Shown here: piece by piece, positions 1 to 9,285 of the stretch
How positions within the stretch are numbered: the first letter of the stretch is position 1
How the letters are laid out: every line of letters starts with the position of its first letter
Source of the DNA: Phycisphaerales bacterium
GTDB lineage: Bacteria > Planctomycetota > Phycisphaerae > WQYP01
Assembly (NCBI GenBank): GCA_027451365.1
Contig: DAIDJN010000058.1
Coordinates: 105,485 to 169,484, forward strand
DNA: 64,000 nucleotides
Reading direction: 5' to 3'
Notes under the pieces: model-generated
Seen by the model: the letters and a program-made list of their open reading frames with translations, nothing else
Told to the model about the DNA's origin: nothing
Databases searched by the model: none
Translations under genes and position numbers: made by a program

Positions 1-1290
1 CAATCCGGTCAGAAAGCCGACTGCTTTGCCGGCGCTTGCCGCCGTGCGCGGCATGTCGACCAGCTTGTCCTGAAAACCGATGAAAGCCAACTCGAAACGC
101 CCCGCCTTCACCGTATTTTCGCATATTTCCGTCAGCAGCGTATCCTGTGCGCGGCGCTGTGCGATAAGCGAATTAATCTGACTTAACGCCGCATACATAT
201 CCTTGACATAGCGCAGCCGCTTTTCTGTACTTAGCCGTTCCAGAATCGCTCCTGTAAGCGACCGGTACATTGCCACAAACAGAAATGCGGTTAACGCGGT
301 GACAATCAGAATGATGCCCAGTTTATAAAACAGTTCCAGGCGCAGCGAATCAATGCGATCCTTGAATTGCTGCACCATGCTGGTAATACACCGGACCGCC
401 AGCGTGGATGCCGCGTTGGACATGGCGTTGGCGTCTTTCATCAGGCGGGCTTGCTGTATGGCCCGAAACCGTGACGCAGGCGGTGGAACCTCCAGCATCC
501 GAAGGATTGCGTTGGAAGATATTTGGATATTCTGAAGCGGCCGGGCGAAGTCATTGGTGAGCTTTGGTTGATCCGTAAATGTCTTGCCCGCGTCCTGCAC
601 GATTGCCGCTACGCTGCTCCAGCGAATTTGAGATGCAAGCTGCATCGCCTGCTGATAGTTTTCACGCCAGCCGGCATTTGCGGTGGATGGGTCGGAGAAG
701 AGTTCACGCAATCGTGCCAGCCGGTGCAACAGTGTCGGCAAATCTATCCGCATAAGTTCAATTTCACTGCGCGTCGCCTGGTGTCGGTCCTGACTTAGGT
801 GTGCATAATAGGACGCCTGCACCAGCAAATCCCATAGTCCCGTCCTAATGTGGGCATATGCGATTGCCGCATCGCGGGCATTTAACCCCGGTTCGCGGGC
901 CAGCAACTCGTTCCAGTTCCGTTGTACCGTCGGCCAGAATGAATGAACATCCAGCGAACGACCCACGGTCTCATTAACCTTATTAAACTCCTTCATTTTC
1001 AGGTTAATTTTGTCGGTCAGAATCAGGAGTTTTGTGGCCGCGGCTGAATTTCCCGCAGCGGCTGACTTGTACAATAGATAGTGCCGTTCCACGAGGTTCA
1101 ATAATGGAATTAAGGGCCTGGCGAAAACCGCCCAACGATGTTCCTGCGTGGCAACCTCAATACGTTGTGTCTGAGATTCAAAGAATCCAAATAGCGGTAC
1201 GGCAATCGCCATCAGGATGGCGCAGCCCACCAAAATGAATTTTGTGGGGTGCGCCAGCCTTCGCATAAAGGCTGTCAGCGGGTCTCGCAT
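1..1290 (-). CDS. Membrane sensor protein, partial (two TM helices, extracytoplasmic helical sensor domain, then a GAF domain); runs off the window start
   Basis: Not in the ORF track. Translated by hand: 430 open codons from ATG at 1290 (MRDPLTAFMRRLAHPTKFILVGCAILMAIAVPLFGFF...), second TM LGIILIVTALTAFLFVAMY, then GAF-like EICENTVKAGRFELAFIGF. Output domain lies outside the window. Confidence 0.8.
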   Translation of the reverse strand, partial: MRDPLTAFMRRLAHPTKFILVGCAILMAIAVPLFGFFESQTQRIEVATQEHRWAVFARPLIPLLNLVERHYLLYKSAAAGNSAAATKLLILTDKINLKMKEFNKVNETVGRSLDVHSFWPTVQRNWNELLAREPGLNARDAAIAYAHIRTGLWDLLVQASYYAHLSQDRHQATRSEIELMRIDLPTLLHRLARLRELFSDPSTANAGWRENYQQAMQLASQIRWSSVAAIVQDAGKTFTDQPKLTNDFARPLQNIQISSNAILRMLEVPPPASRFRAIQQARLMKDANAMSNAASTLAVRCITSMVQQFKDRIDSLRLELFYKLGIILIVTALTAFLFVAMYRSLTGAILERLSTEKRLRYVKDMYAALSQINSLIAQRRAQDTLLTEICENTVKAGRFELAFIGFQDKLVDMPRTAASAGKAVGFLTGL

Positions 1291-1845
1291 TCGTCAACCA
1301 TCCTTAATTAACCATGTTATCGGCATTTGTGACCGATTAACATAAAATTTGCGAAAAAGCGAAAATTCCCTTTTTCTATCGCGATTATACCGCAGCGAAG
1401 ATATCTTTTTAGTATCTGCACATTTTTTTAATGGCGAATATTTCCTGGTGTTCCAGTCGCTTCACGGACCGATCACTTCCTGTGCCCTGGCCGTAAATCC
1501 GGTCCACGCTCGCGTCCAGCAAGTCTTGGTAATGTAACGTGCGACAACCGGCTAATTCTGTGACCGCTTCAAAGATTGCATTCGTCGGCGAGAATTGTCA
1601 TAATGCATTCTGATGAGTCCCCGCAGGGGAAAAGAATCGGAGGTGTTCCGACATGCAGGGGTAGGCTTTCAAGCCATACCAGAAAACCGCGACGCTGGCG
1701 TCCAATACAATTTTTCATAGCTCAAACTGCTATTTTTGCTTTTATCTTTCATTTCGAGCGGAAAAAAAATTGGGTTGCTGTATCGCGGTTTTTTTACGCG
1801 CACCGCCAGCATCAGAACTCCACCAAGGCGAGCCAATAAGGTGTG

Positions 1846-1877
1846 AAAAAAAATGGGTTCCATTTCTGGAACCCATT
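1846..1877 (-). terminator. Rho-independent terminator of rplM-rpsI
   Basis: Perfect stem ATGGGTTCCA/TGGAACCCAT with a 4-nt loop and an A-tract at 1846-1853 (U-tract on the minus strand). Confidence 0.85.
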
Positions 1878-1966
1878 GTCAGTCGAAAATAAACATTGAA
1901 GCGGGCCTTTTCCGCCATAATTGAATCGCCGGCGGCAATAGCCAGCCAAGGGCCGCGATAACTGTA

Positions 1967-2440
1967 TCAACGTTTGCTGAACTGGAAGGCCCTACGTGCA
2001 CCGCGCAGACCATACTTTTTACGTTCCTTCATGCGGCTGTCGCGTGTAAGGAACCCGGAATCCTGAAGCGGCTTGTGAAGGGTTGCGTCAAAAAGTGTCA
2101 GTGCCCGGCCCAAACCCTGAACAATCGCGCCGGCCTGGCCGGAATAGCCGCCGCCCTGAACATTCACAAAAATATCCAGTTTGTCAGTTGCGTTTGCTGT
2201 CGCAAGGGGGGCCATTACCGCGGAGCGGTCCTTGGCTTCACGAAAGAATTCATCCAGTTTGCGGTCGTTTACCAAAAAAGCGCCCTGTCCGGCAACGATT
2301 CTTACCCGTGCCACGGAACTCTTCCGGCGACCGGTCCCCAGAAAAAAGGTTTTGCCAGCGACCACCACGGTATGTCTGGCGCGGCGAGCTTCAGCTTCAA
2401 TTGCAAATGCGGATTCTGGTTTTGGGGATGTTTCCGTCAT
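1967..2440 (-). CDS. rpsI: 30S ribosomal protein S9
   Basis: GTGRRKSSVARV, GGGYSGQAGAI, C-terminal ERKKYGLRGARRAFQFSKR. Confidence 0.98.
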   Translation of the reverse strand: MTETSPKPESAFAIEAEARRARHTVVVAGKTFFLGTGRRKSSVARVRIVAGQGAFLVNDRKLDEFFREAKDRSAVMAPLATANATDKLDIFVNVQGGGYSGQAGAIVQGLGRALTLFDATLHKPLQDSGFLTRDSRMKERKKYGLRGARRAFQFSKR

Positions 2441-2547
2441 GGTTTTAACCTTTTTCTTATCGGCCCATTGGCCAAAACGAACTTCCAATTTTAAATTATT
2501 CCCGAACTGTCGGCAGTCCGGATTCTTTCAGCCTGTCCTGTCATGTA

Positions 2548-3048
2548 TTAAAGTTTCAGGGTCAGGGCTTCCGGCTTCTGTGCTACATGCGGATGGTCGG
2601 CATCTTTGTAGCATTTAAGCTTGCGAAGCATCTGGCCGCCCATAGTGGTTTTTGGAAGCATCCGACGTACCGCCATCCGGAACATTGTGTTTGGATGCTT
2701 TTGCGTCATTTCCAGCATGGTTTTGACGCGGCGCCCGCTTGTATAATAGGTGTAATAGTCGTATTCGCGTTGGACGAGCTTGCGACCGCTCACTTTAATT
2801 TTGCTGGTGTTGATGACGACGATAAAATCGCCCACATCCACGGTTGGAGTATAAGTCGCTTTATGTTTCCCCATAAGCCGGGTCGCAATGGCGCTGGCCA
2901 GGCGGCCGAGTGTCTGGTCCGCGGCATCCACCACAAACCAGCGATTATCCGTATGGCCTACGCGAGCCAGCGTGGTGGTACCGGTTGTGGTTCTAATCCG
3001 CACGCTGGGGCGGGTGGACTTGGGTTTAGCTGTGGCAACAGTGCTCAT
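2548..3048 (-). CDS. rplM: 50S ribosomal protein L13
   Basis: WFVVDAADQTLGRLAS, GKHKATYTPTVDVGDFIVVIN, AVRRMLPK, HPHVAQKP; upstream of rpsI. Confidence 0.98.
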   Translation of the reverse strand: MSTVATAKPKSTRPSVRIRTTTGTTTLARVGHTDNRWFVVDAADQTLGRLASAIATRLMGKHKATYTPTVDVGDFIVVINTSKIKVSGRKLVQREYDYYTYYTSGRRVKTMLEMTQKHPNTMFRMAVRRMLPKTTMGGQMLRKLKCYKDADHPHVAQKPEALTLKL

Positions 3049-3178
3049 AGTATTGTTTCGCTCTTTAACGTACGCTTGTATCAACATTCCGCCAGCCCTT
3101 GCCCCGCAGGTTCGGTACCTTTCCGGTTGCCGTCCATTAAGGTGAAGGGCTATTTCCAGCCAATCTGGAAAACTCTTC

Positions 3179-3206
3179 AATATACGAATTTTTGAAAATT
3201 TGTCAA
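3179..3206 (-). promoter_or_regulatory. Sigma70-type promoter for rplM-rpsI
   Basis: Minus strand TTGACA-N16-TATATT about 130 nt upstream of the rplM ATG. Confidence 0.6.
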
Positions 3207-3292
3207 TGGCTGCCGAAGTCGTTTTTCGGGCATTTCGCCAGCGGGCCGGTCTGGGCACACGCCTGCCTGGCCAGGTCCCCGCCTTTATCTGG

Positions 3293-4081
3293 TTATGACC
3301 CGGTTTTCAGTGCCATTCCGCCGGTTGCCGAATGTTTCAGCCAAGCTCGCCAAGGTCCGGGATGTTGGGGGAGGCTTTGGCCAGTGAGCCGGTGCAGAGA
3401 ATCCCAAGCCGCCTGCACTACCGCCACATTGCGGTTGTCCAAGGCTTCAATTAACGAACGCAACACCGGTTGGGCGTGATACAGTCCTAGGGCCTGCGCA
3501 CAATACACGCGCACCTGAATGTCGCTGTCGGCGGCCAGACGGTCGCGCAGGGGGGCCACCGCCAAGGGATTTATCACATGAGTCAGCCCCATAGCCGCAC
3601 ACATGCGGACAAAGCTGGAAGGATCAGAAAGTCCGGTAATAAGCGTCGGCGCGACCGATGGATCGCCCGATGTTCCCAAAGCCATCAGCGCCTGACCGCG
3701 AACCATAGGATTAGGCGCAGTGGCCGCCAGTTGATACGCTTTCATATAAGCTTTGTCGTGGCCAAATTTCTGGGTGGAAATATACGCAATCGCCGCCCGC
3801 TGTGCATCCGGATCATCGGAGTTAAACATTTGAGCGGCTTCATAGGTTAACGGCTTTTTGCCGTGGCCGGTTATTTTATCCAGCCAGCTTTGCATGGTGC
3901 CATTAAAACCTGTTGATTTGCCATTGTCTGAATCTGAACTGCATCCCGCGGAAAAGCCGGCCACCACAAGGCCCAGCAACGCACAACGGATAATGCCGCC
4001 GGGGCGCAGGACTAATTTCTTGTGCCCGGCGGCGCATTTGCGGCCGATGGTTGTGTTGTTGTGCTCGCCGGGATGTATCAT
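3293..4081 (-). CDS. HEAT-repeat (PBS lyase-like) lipoprotein
   Basis: Lipobox-like LVVAGFSAGC; repeated helical units (NPMVRGQALMALG, DPSSFVRMCAAMGL, DIQVRVYCAQALG); ATGA overlap with murI. Confidence 0.8.
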   Translation of the reverse strand: MIHPGEHNNTTIGRKCAAGHKKLVLRPGGIIRCALLGLVVAGFSAGCSSDSDNGKSTGFNGTMQSWLDKITGHGKKPLTYEAAQMFNSDDPDAQRAAIAYISTQKFGHDKAYMKAYQLAATAPNPMVRGQALMALGTSGDPSVAPTLITGLSDPSSFVRMCAAMGLTHVINPLAVAPLRDRLAADSDIQVRVYCAQALGLYHAQPVLRSLIEALDNRNVAVVQAAWDSLHRLTGQSLPQHPGPWRAWLKHSATGGMALKTGS

Positions 4082-4980
4082 GATTGTCTTTCCATTTCCG
4101 GGTGTTCCGGATGTTCAAGGAGTTCCGGATCCACCCATATGGGGCTGCCGATTGCGCCACCTAGAAAACGGTTGGCCAGGCTTTCAAACCGTTGGCCCTG
4201 ATCCGTCACGTAACAGGTCAGCGAACCTGACTGAATTACCGTTCCCGCGGCCGTTTCGGCCGCAGCCATTGTAGCCAGTCGCCGCTTAACTACCAAGGCC
4301 GTTTGATCAGCGGAATCAATTAATTCGGTGTTGCTTCCCATGAATGCGGCCACCGCGTCTTCCAATATCGGATAATGGGTACAGCCCAATATTAAGGCCT
4401 GCGGGCGAAGGGCCTTTAGCGGTGCAAGGTAATCTTCCAGAACGGCCTTCACAATCAGGCTGTTCGCCGCCCGGCCTTCTTCAATCAGTGGCACCAGCAG
4501 CGGGCAGGCACGGCCAGCCACATGTATTCCGCGGTCCAGCCGGGCTATGGCCTGGGTATAGGCTTGGCTGGCAATTGTGGCTTCAGTTGCAATCAGACCG
4601 ATGGCGCAATCCCCGGTTGGATGGTTGCGCCGTGCGGCTGCCACTGCCGCGTAGGCTCCGGGTTCAAGAACGCCAATCACCGGAACCGGAAAACATTCCG
4701 GTAGTGTGGCCATGGCGGTGGCGCTGACAGTATTGCACGCAACCACCAGCGCCTTGGGGCGAAACTGCATCAGAAATTGCAGGCATTGCCGGGCAAACAG
4801 CAGCACGGTTCGCGGAGATTTTGTTCCATAGGGCAGCCTCGCCGTGTCGCCAAAGTAAATGATGGATTCCTGAGGCAAATGCCGCCTAAGCGCCCGCACC
4901 ACGGTAAGCCCGCCAAGGCCGGAATCAAATACGCCAATCGGGGCCAGGAAATCTGTTGGGCGGTCTTGGGGCATTGGCAT
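4078..4980 (-). CDS. murI: Glutamate racemase
   Basis: DSGLGGLTV, PYGTKS, VVACNTVS and ILGCTHYP (both catalytic Cys). Confidence 0.97.
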   Translation of the reverse strand: MPMPQDRPTDFLAPIGVFDSGLGGLTVVRALRRHLPQESIIYFGDTARLPYGTKSPRTVLLFARQCLQFLMQFRPKALVVACNTVSATAMATLPECFPVPVIGVLEPGAYAAVAAARRNHPTGDCAIGLIATEATIASQAYTQAIARLDRGIHVAGRACPLLVPLIEEGRAANSLIVKAVLEDYLAPLKALRPQALILGCTHYPILEDAVAAFMGSNTELIDSADQTALVVKRRLATMAAAETAAGTVIQSGSLTCYVTDQGQRFESLANRFLGGAIGSPIWVDPELLEHPEHPEMERQS

Positions 4981-5177
4981 CCTGCGGTTGGAGTTCAGGT
5001 GACCGTTGGGCCGGCTTTAGCATGACCGGCGCAGCCACAATGGCCCGCATATTATCCGCCAGGCCCGATGCGTGAAAGCGATCGTTGACGGACTTTGAAT
5101 TTTTTGGAAGCTGAAAGCCGCGATGAATCAGGCCGGGTGATAGCGAAATTTCCCCTGCCGTGTAAAATACCGGGTCT

Positions 5178-6341
5178 ATGGCAACGTTAACCTATCGTAC
5201 CGCTGGTGAATCCCATGGACCTGCCCTGATCAGCATTATTGAAGGGCTGCCGGCCGGCATGCCATTGGATGTTGATTTTATTAACAGCGAACTGCGCCGC
5301 CGGCAGGGGGGCTATGGCCGTGGCGGACGCCAGCGCATTGAAACAGACACGGTGACTTTTCTTTCCGGCGTGCGGCGGTCCAAGGCAATTGGTTCGCCGC
5401 TGGTGGTGCAAATTGCCAATAAGGACAGCCGCCTGGATGAAACCCCCGCGCTGGTCAAACCGCGTCCCGGTCATGCCGACCTGGCCGGCGCCACCAAATG
5501 GCTGACCACCGATTGTCGCGAAACACTGGAACGCGCCAGTGCGCGGGAAACAGCCAACCGGGTTGCCGTCGGGGCCATTGCCCGCTGCCTGCTGAATCAA
5601 TTTCAAATTGATGTGGTTGGCTTTGTGGTGCGGATAGCCGGCGTTACCGCGGACGTTGCGGAAAACAGCAGCCCGCAAGACCTTCGCCAGGCGGCTCTGG
5701 AAAGTGAAGTGTACTGCCCGGATTCCGCCGCGTCGGCCCGTATGATTGAAGCCATAAAAAACGCTAAAATTGAAGGCGACACCCTTGGCGGAATTGTAGA
5801 AACCCGTGTGTACGGCTGCCCGATTGGCCTGGGCAGTTGTACCCACTGGGACTGGAAACTGGACAGCCGCATTGCCGCGGAAGTCATGGGTATTCAGGCC
5901 ATCAAGGGTGTGGAAATCGGCATGGGGTTCCGCACGGCCGAACTGCCCGGTTCGCAGGTGCATGATCCTATTCTTTTTGATTCCGCGTTGCGGGCCACCC
6001 CGTGCCTTGGTTTCACGCGGCCCACCAACAATGCCGGCGGCCTGGAAGGCGGCATGACCAACGGCCAGCCCGTGGTGGTGCGAGCCGCCATGAAACCGAT
6101 CAGCACGCTGCTGAAAAAAGTAATGCCCAGTGTGAATCTGAACACCAGGGAAGCGGGCAAAGCCGATTACGAACGTTCAGATGTATGCGCCGTTTCCGCC
6201 GCCGGGGTGGTGGTTGAAAATGTGGTAGCTTTTGAAATTGCCCGTGCGATGGTGGAAAAATTCGGTGGCGATTCATTGACCGAAATGCGCAACAACTACG
6301 ACAACTTCCTCGCCGCCGCCCGCAAGCTCGGCGCGCCGTGA
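5178..6341 (+). CDS. aroC: Chorismate synthase
   Basis: TAGESHG, RPGHAD, ERASARETA, GGLEGGMTNG, MKPISTL. Confidence 0.98.
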   Translation: MATLTYRTAGESHGPALISIIEGLPAGMPLDVDFINSELRRRQGGYGRGGRQRIETDTVTFLSGVRRSKAIGSPLVVQIANKDSRLDETPALVKPRPGHADLAGATKWLTTDCRETLERASARETANRVAVGAIARCLLNQFQIDVVGFVVRIAGVTADVAENSSPQDLRQAALESEVYCPDSAASARMIEAIKNAKIEGDTLGGIVETRVYGCPIGLGSCTHWDWKLDSRIAAEVMGIQAIKGVEIGMGFRTAELPGSQVHDPILFDSALRATPCLGFTRPTNNAGGLEGGMTNGQPVVVRAAMKPISTLLKKVMPSVNLNTREAGKADYERSDVCAVSAAGVVVENVVAFEIARAMVEKFGGDSLTEMRNNYDNFLAAARKLGAP

Positions 6342-6409
6342 CCAGAGCAAGGGCGGGGGGGAAGGTGTTGGAGATTGGGTGCGGGTGGGAAACGAGAATT
6401 TTGTGCGCG

Positions 6410-7120
6410 TCAATCGCGCGAAAAACCAGCCCGTTTGCGATGGCTCGCCAGAAACGCCAAGGCTGGGCTAAAATCACGCGGCGGACGAAATTGCGTCTGG
6501 CCTGCAAGTATTGATGATATCAGCGTGCTTTTTGCGGGTCGGCGCAAAATATTAAATCGATTATCCATCGCAAAATATCCATATTCAAACAGCGGATCGT
6601 GCACGCGACACATGCAGATGACATTGTGCAGATTCGCCCTGTTGGGAACATCGTCCGCCCATCTGGAAATATGGGCGGCTACCAGCATCCCCTCATCGCT
6701 TATGTCGCAAAACGCGCAGGAGTTTTCATAGTATTCCAGAGTCATTTCGCGAATCTTTTCCTGGCCCCGACGCTGGCGCTTAAGCTGCAGAACGTCGCTT
6801 GCGGCTATATCAGGCATGGCGAGTTTGCCGTGCTCAATCGCCAACCGGAGGGCATTGTCCGGCAGGTCTTCGGCAGCAACATCAACTGGAGAATCCAAAA
6901 GCAAATATTGTCCCCGTTGCAGGAATTCAAGCACGTGCTGGTCGCGTAATTCCTGGAGTACGCGGCTGAAAGTTTGCTCTGGCGTTGCACCGCCGCCGTG
7001 ACTGTCCGCAATAATTTGCCGCATCTCCCCTCGCCATAGTTCCTTGCGATAGAAAATACGACTTTTGTTTCGCAGGCAATATCGCCGCAGTGCTTGAAGA
7101 ACCGCGCGCTTCCAGGTCAT
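6410..7120 (-). CDS. Winged-helix-HNH endonuclease fusion, candidate modification-dependent restriction enzyme
   Basis: C-terminal HNH (CAFC...LVAAHISRW...NVICMCRVHDPLFEYGY); N-terminal SRVLQELRDQHVLEFLQRGQY resembles the DpnI C-terminal winged helix. Confidence 0.75.
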   Translation of the reverse strand: MTWKRAVLQALRRYCLRNKSRIFYRKELWRGEMRQIIADSHGGGATPEQTFSRVLQELRDQHVLEFLQRGQYLLLDSPVDVAAEDLPDNALRLAIEHGKLAMPDIAASDVLQLKRQRRGQEKIREMTLEYYENSCAFCDISDEGMLVAAHISRWADDVPNRANLHNVICMCRVHDPLFEYGYFAMDNRFNILRRPAKSTLISSILAGQTQFRPPRDFSPALAFLASHRKRAGFSRD

Positions 7121-7597
7121 CGTGTTCGTCCTGATAATTAAGACAATTCTCTGTTTGTGAGAATCAAGATTGGTTTTGATTTATTTTACCGCGTTGATTT
7201 CCGAAAAGGCGCTGCTTACGCATTCATTCGTCAGTTCTACACCGATCTTCATTTTCATCTGCTTGGGCCTTTCCGAAGGAGACCTCGTTGTTTGCATGCG
7301 ATATGGCAGAAAAACAACCAGGGGACGCCAATGTCGCCGCCGCCCAGCGAATTCTTGATACCGAACATTACCATAACAGGATAATCTGGTTTAAACAAGA
7401 TTGGTAAAAATAAATGCTTGACGACCCAGTCGATTTAACGGCTTTACGATTCAGTCCTTGGCGTGATGAATGACTCTCGCAAGTTGGTAATTTCATTTCG
7501 CGCTGCGCCATTGATGGTTTCCGAAAGGACGAAAAGCTTAACCCCGGCGGGCTGTTTTACCTGTCGCCCGGAATACTGTAAAATAGCGCAACCCACA

Positions 7598-7670
7598 GGG
7601 GACGTAGCTCAATTGGGAGAGCACTGCCTTTGCAAGGCAGGGGTTGCCGGTTCGATCCCGGTCGTCTCCA
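7598..7670 (+). tRNA. tRNA-Ala(TGC)
   Basis: Acceptor stem GGGGACG/CGTCTCC with G3:U70, anticodon arm CTGCC-TTTGCAA-GGCAG, GGTTCGATCCC T-arm; CCA not encoded. Confidence 0.97.
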
Positions 7671-7878
7671 GTTCGTTGGAAATAAGCGAGTTTTACCAGG
7701 TACCGCAGCCGCACTTGCCGAGGGCGCGGCGTTGATGCGGGCGAAAGACCCTTGATTTGCAACGAGTTTCCGATTGGTGAGCAGGGGGGCGATCCTGAAG
7801 AATCGACCAAGCCTGTTGTTCTAAAGTTTTTGTAGCATGATTTCAGAACAAGGGTGCAAAAATTGCTACAATAGCATT

Positions 7879-8457
7879 ATGGTTAGGAAAGAGCCGCCCA
7901 TTATAGCTTTTCCCTCGGCTAAAAGCTGGGAGGAATGGCTGGCTAAAAATCACAATCTTTCGTCCGGCATATGGCTGCGGTTCTTCAAAAAAACTTCCGG
8001 AGTTACTTCTGTTTCCTACGGCGAGGCTTTAGACGCAGCGCTCTGCTATGGCTGGATCGATGGCCAGATCAAGAAATACGATGAAAAGTCCTGGTTGCAT
8101 AAATTTACGCCTCGCCGCCCACGAAGCTTGTGGTCGAATCGCAATAGAGAACACGTGGAGCGGCTTATTGCATCGGGCAAGATGCAAACCGCCGGGCTAA
8201 GGAAGATCAACGAGGCCAAAGAAGATGGCCGCTGGGAAGCCGCCTATGACTCCCCCAGCAAAATGACTGTTCCACAGGACTTTTTAGAGGAACTCGGCAA
8301 AAACAAGCAGGCCAAGGCGTTCTTTGCTACGCTCAACAAGGCAAATGTGTACGCGATTGCCTGGCGGTTACAAACTGCAAAAAAGCCAGAAACGCGCCAG
8401 AGGCGTCTGAAAATGATGCTTGAAATGTTGGCAAAAGGAGAAAAGCTTCATGGTTAA
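7879..8457 (+). CDS. YdeI/OmpD-associated family protein
   Basis: WEEWLAKNH, ALCYGWIDG, FTPRRPRSLWS, AKKPETRQRR. Confidence 0.9.
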   Translation: MVRKEPPIIAFPSAKSWEEWLAKNHNLSSGIWLRFFKKTSGVTSVSYGEALDAALCYGWIDGQIKKYDEKSWLHKFTPRRPRSLWSNRNREHVERLIASGKMQTAGLRKINEAKEDGRWEAAYDSPSKMTVPQDFLEELGKNKQAKAFFATLNKANVYAIAWRLQTAKKPETRQRRLKMMLEMLAKGEKLHG

Positions 8458-8521
8458 ATACGTCACCTTTCTAAGGGGTAACTGTTTTGTCAGCATATCT
8501 GGGGATATTTCAGCTTTTCCG

Positions 8522-8685
8522 CCCTCACCGCACCCTCGGACGGCGTGAGCCGAATGCCTCTACCCGGTGAGGGAGAGAGGGACGCTTTCGGACAAGGCTC
8601 AGCGCTCGAAAAACGAATAAAACCTTTGCAGCACAAGGGTAAAATGGGAATGCTACACTTCCCCCCGGGGGGGAAGGGTGAGGGG
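8522..8685. repeat. Degenerate REP-like palindromic element (CCCTCACC/GGTGAGGG type)
   Basis: CCCTCACC at 8522 with complements GGTGAGGG at 8566 and 8677; hairpins CCTCTACCC...GGGAGAGAGG and CTTCCCCCC-GGGGGGGAAG. Confidence 0.45.
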
Positions 8686-9285
8686 AAGGCCGTCACCGGC
8701 TATTCCCAAGACGGATTGTCCTTGAAAAAGTTCTTGAGAGCCGGCAACGGAGCGTCACTGGTTTGAATCTCAAGGTCTCCGCTCCATTTTAAAGTCAGCG
8801 TTTTCGCGCCCGCAAGTCGCAATCCGCATCGGTTCGATATGTCATAAGCCCGTTCGCCAGAATATTAACTGCGGCTTGATTAATGCTTTTGTTATGTGAT
8901 CGCGCATAGTGGCGCAAGGCCTGATCAGTCCGCGCCGCTACGCCGCGAATGGTGTATTGTTTGCGGCCGTAAAAGGGCGTCCTTTTCCTGCCTGCATAAA
9001 AGCAAAATGTGCCCGCATCGAAATGGGCGGGTAAACGTCATCAGGGTTGCAGGTAACTGACTTGCGGTGCTGCCTTTAAATCGCAATCGGTCATGTTTTT
9101 GCACACAATTGCTTTTGTCTCCACCATTGTCATAATATTGTTTATTATAGGTCGTGTATCATGGTGGCTACGCAGGGGAGTCAGGGGCGGGAAAAAGGTG
9201 GATAGAGTTTGACCGGTAACAAGCAGGGCGCTGCACAATCACGCCCGGATTGGTAAAGCGAGGGCCGCGAAGCAAGGATGCGGTT

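Noticed and set aside
8682..8781. tRNA-Ser(TGA)-like remnant (CTTGAAA loop, CCG-GCAA-CGG arm, GGTTTGAATCT, GGTCTCCG)
   Set aside because: Anticodon, T and acceptor stems do not pair and there is no D-arm; at best a heavily decayed relic.
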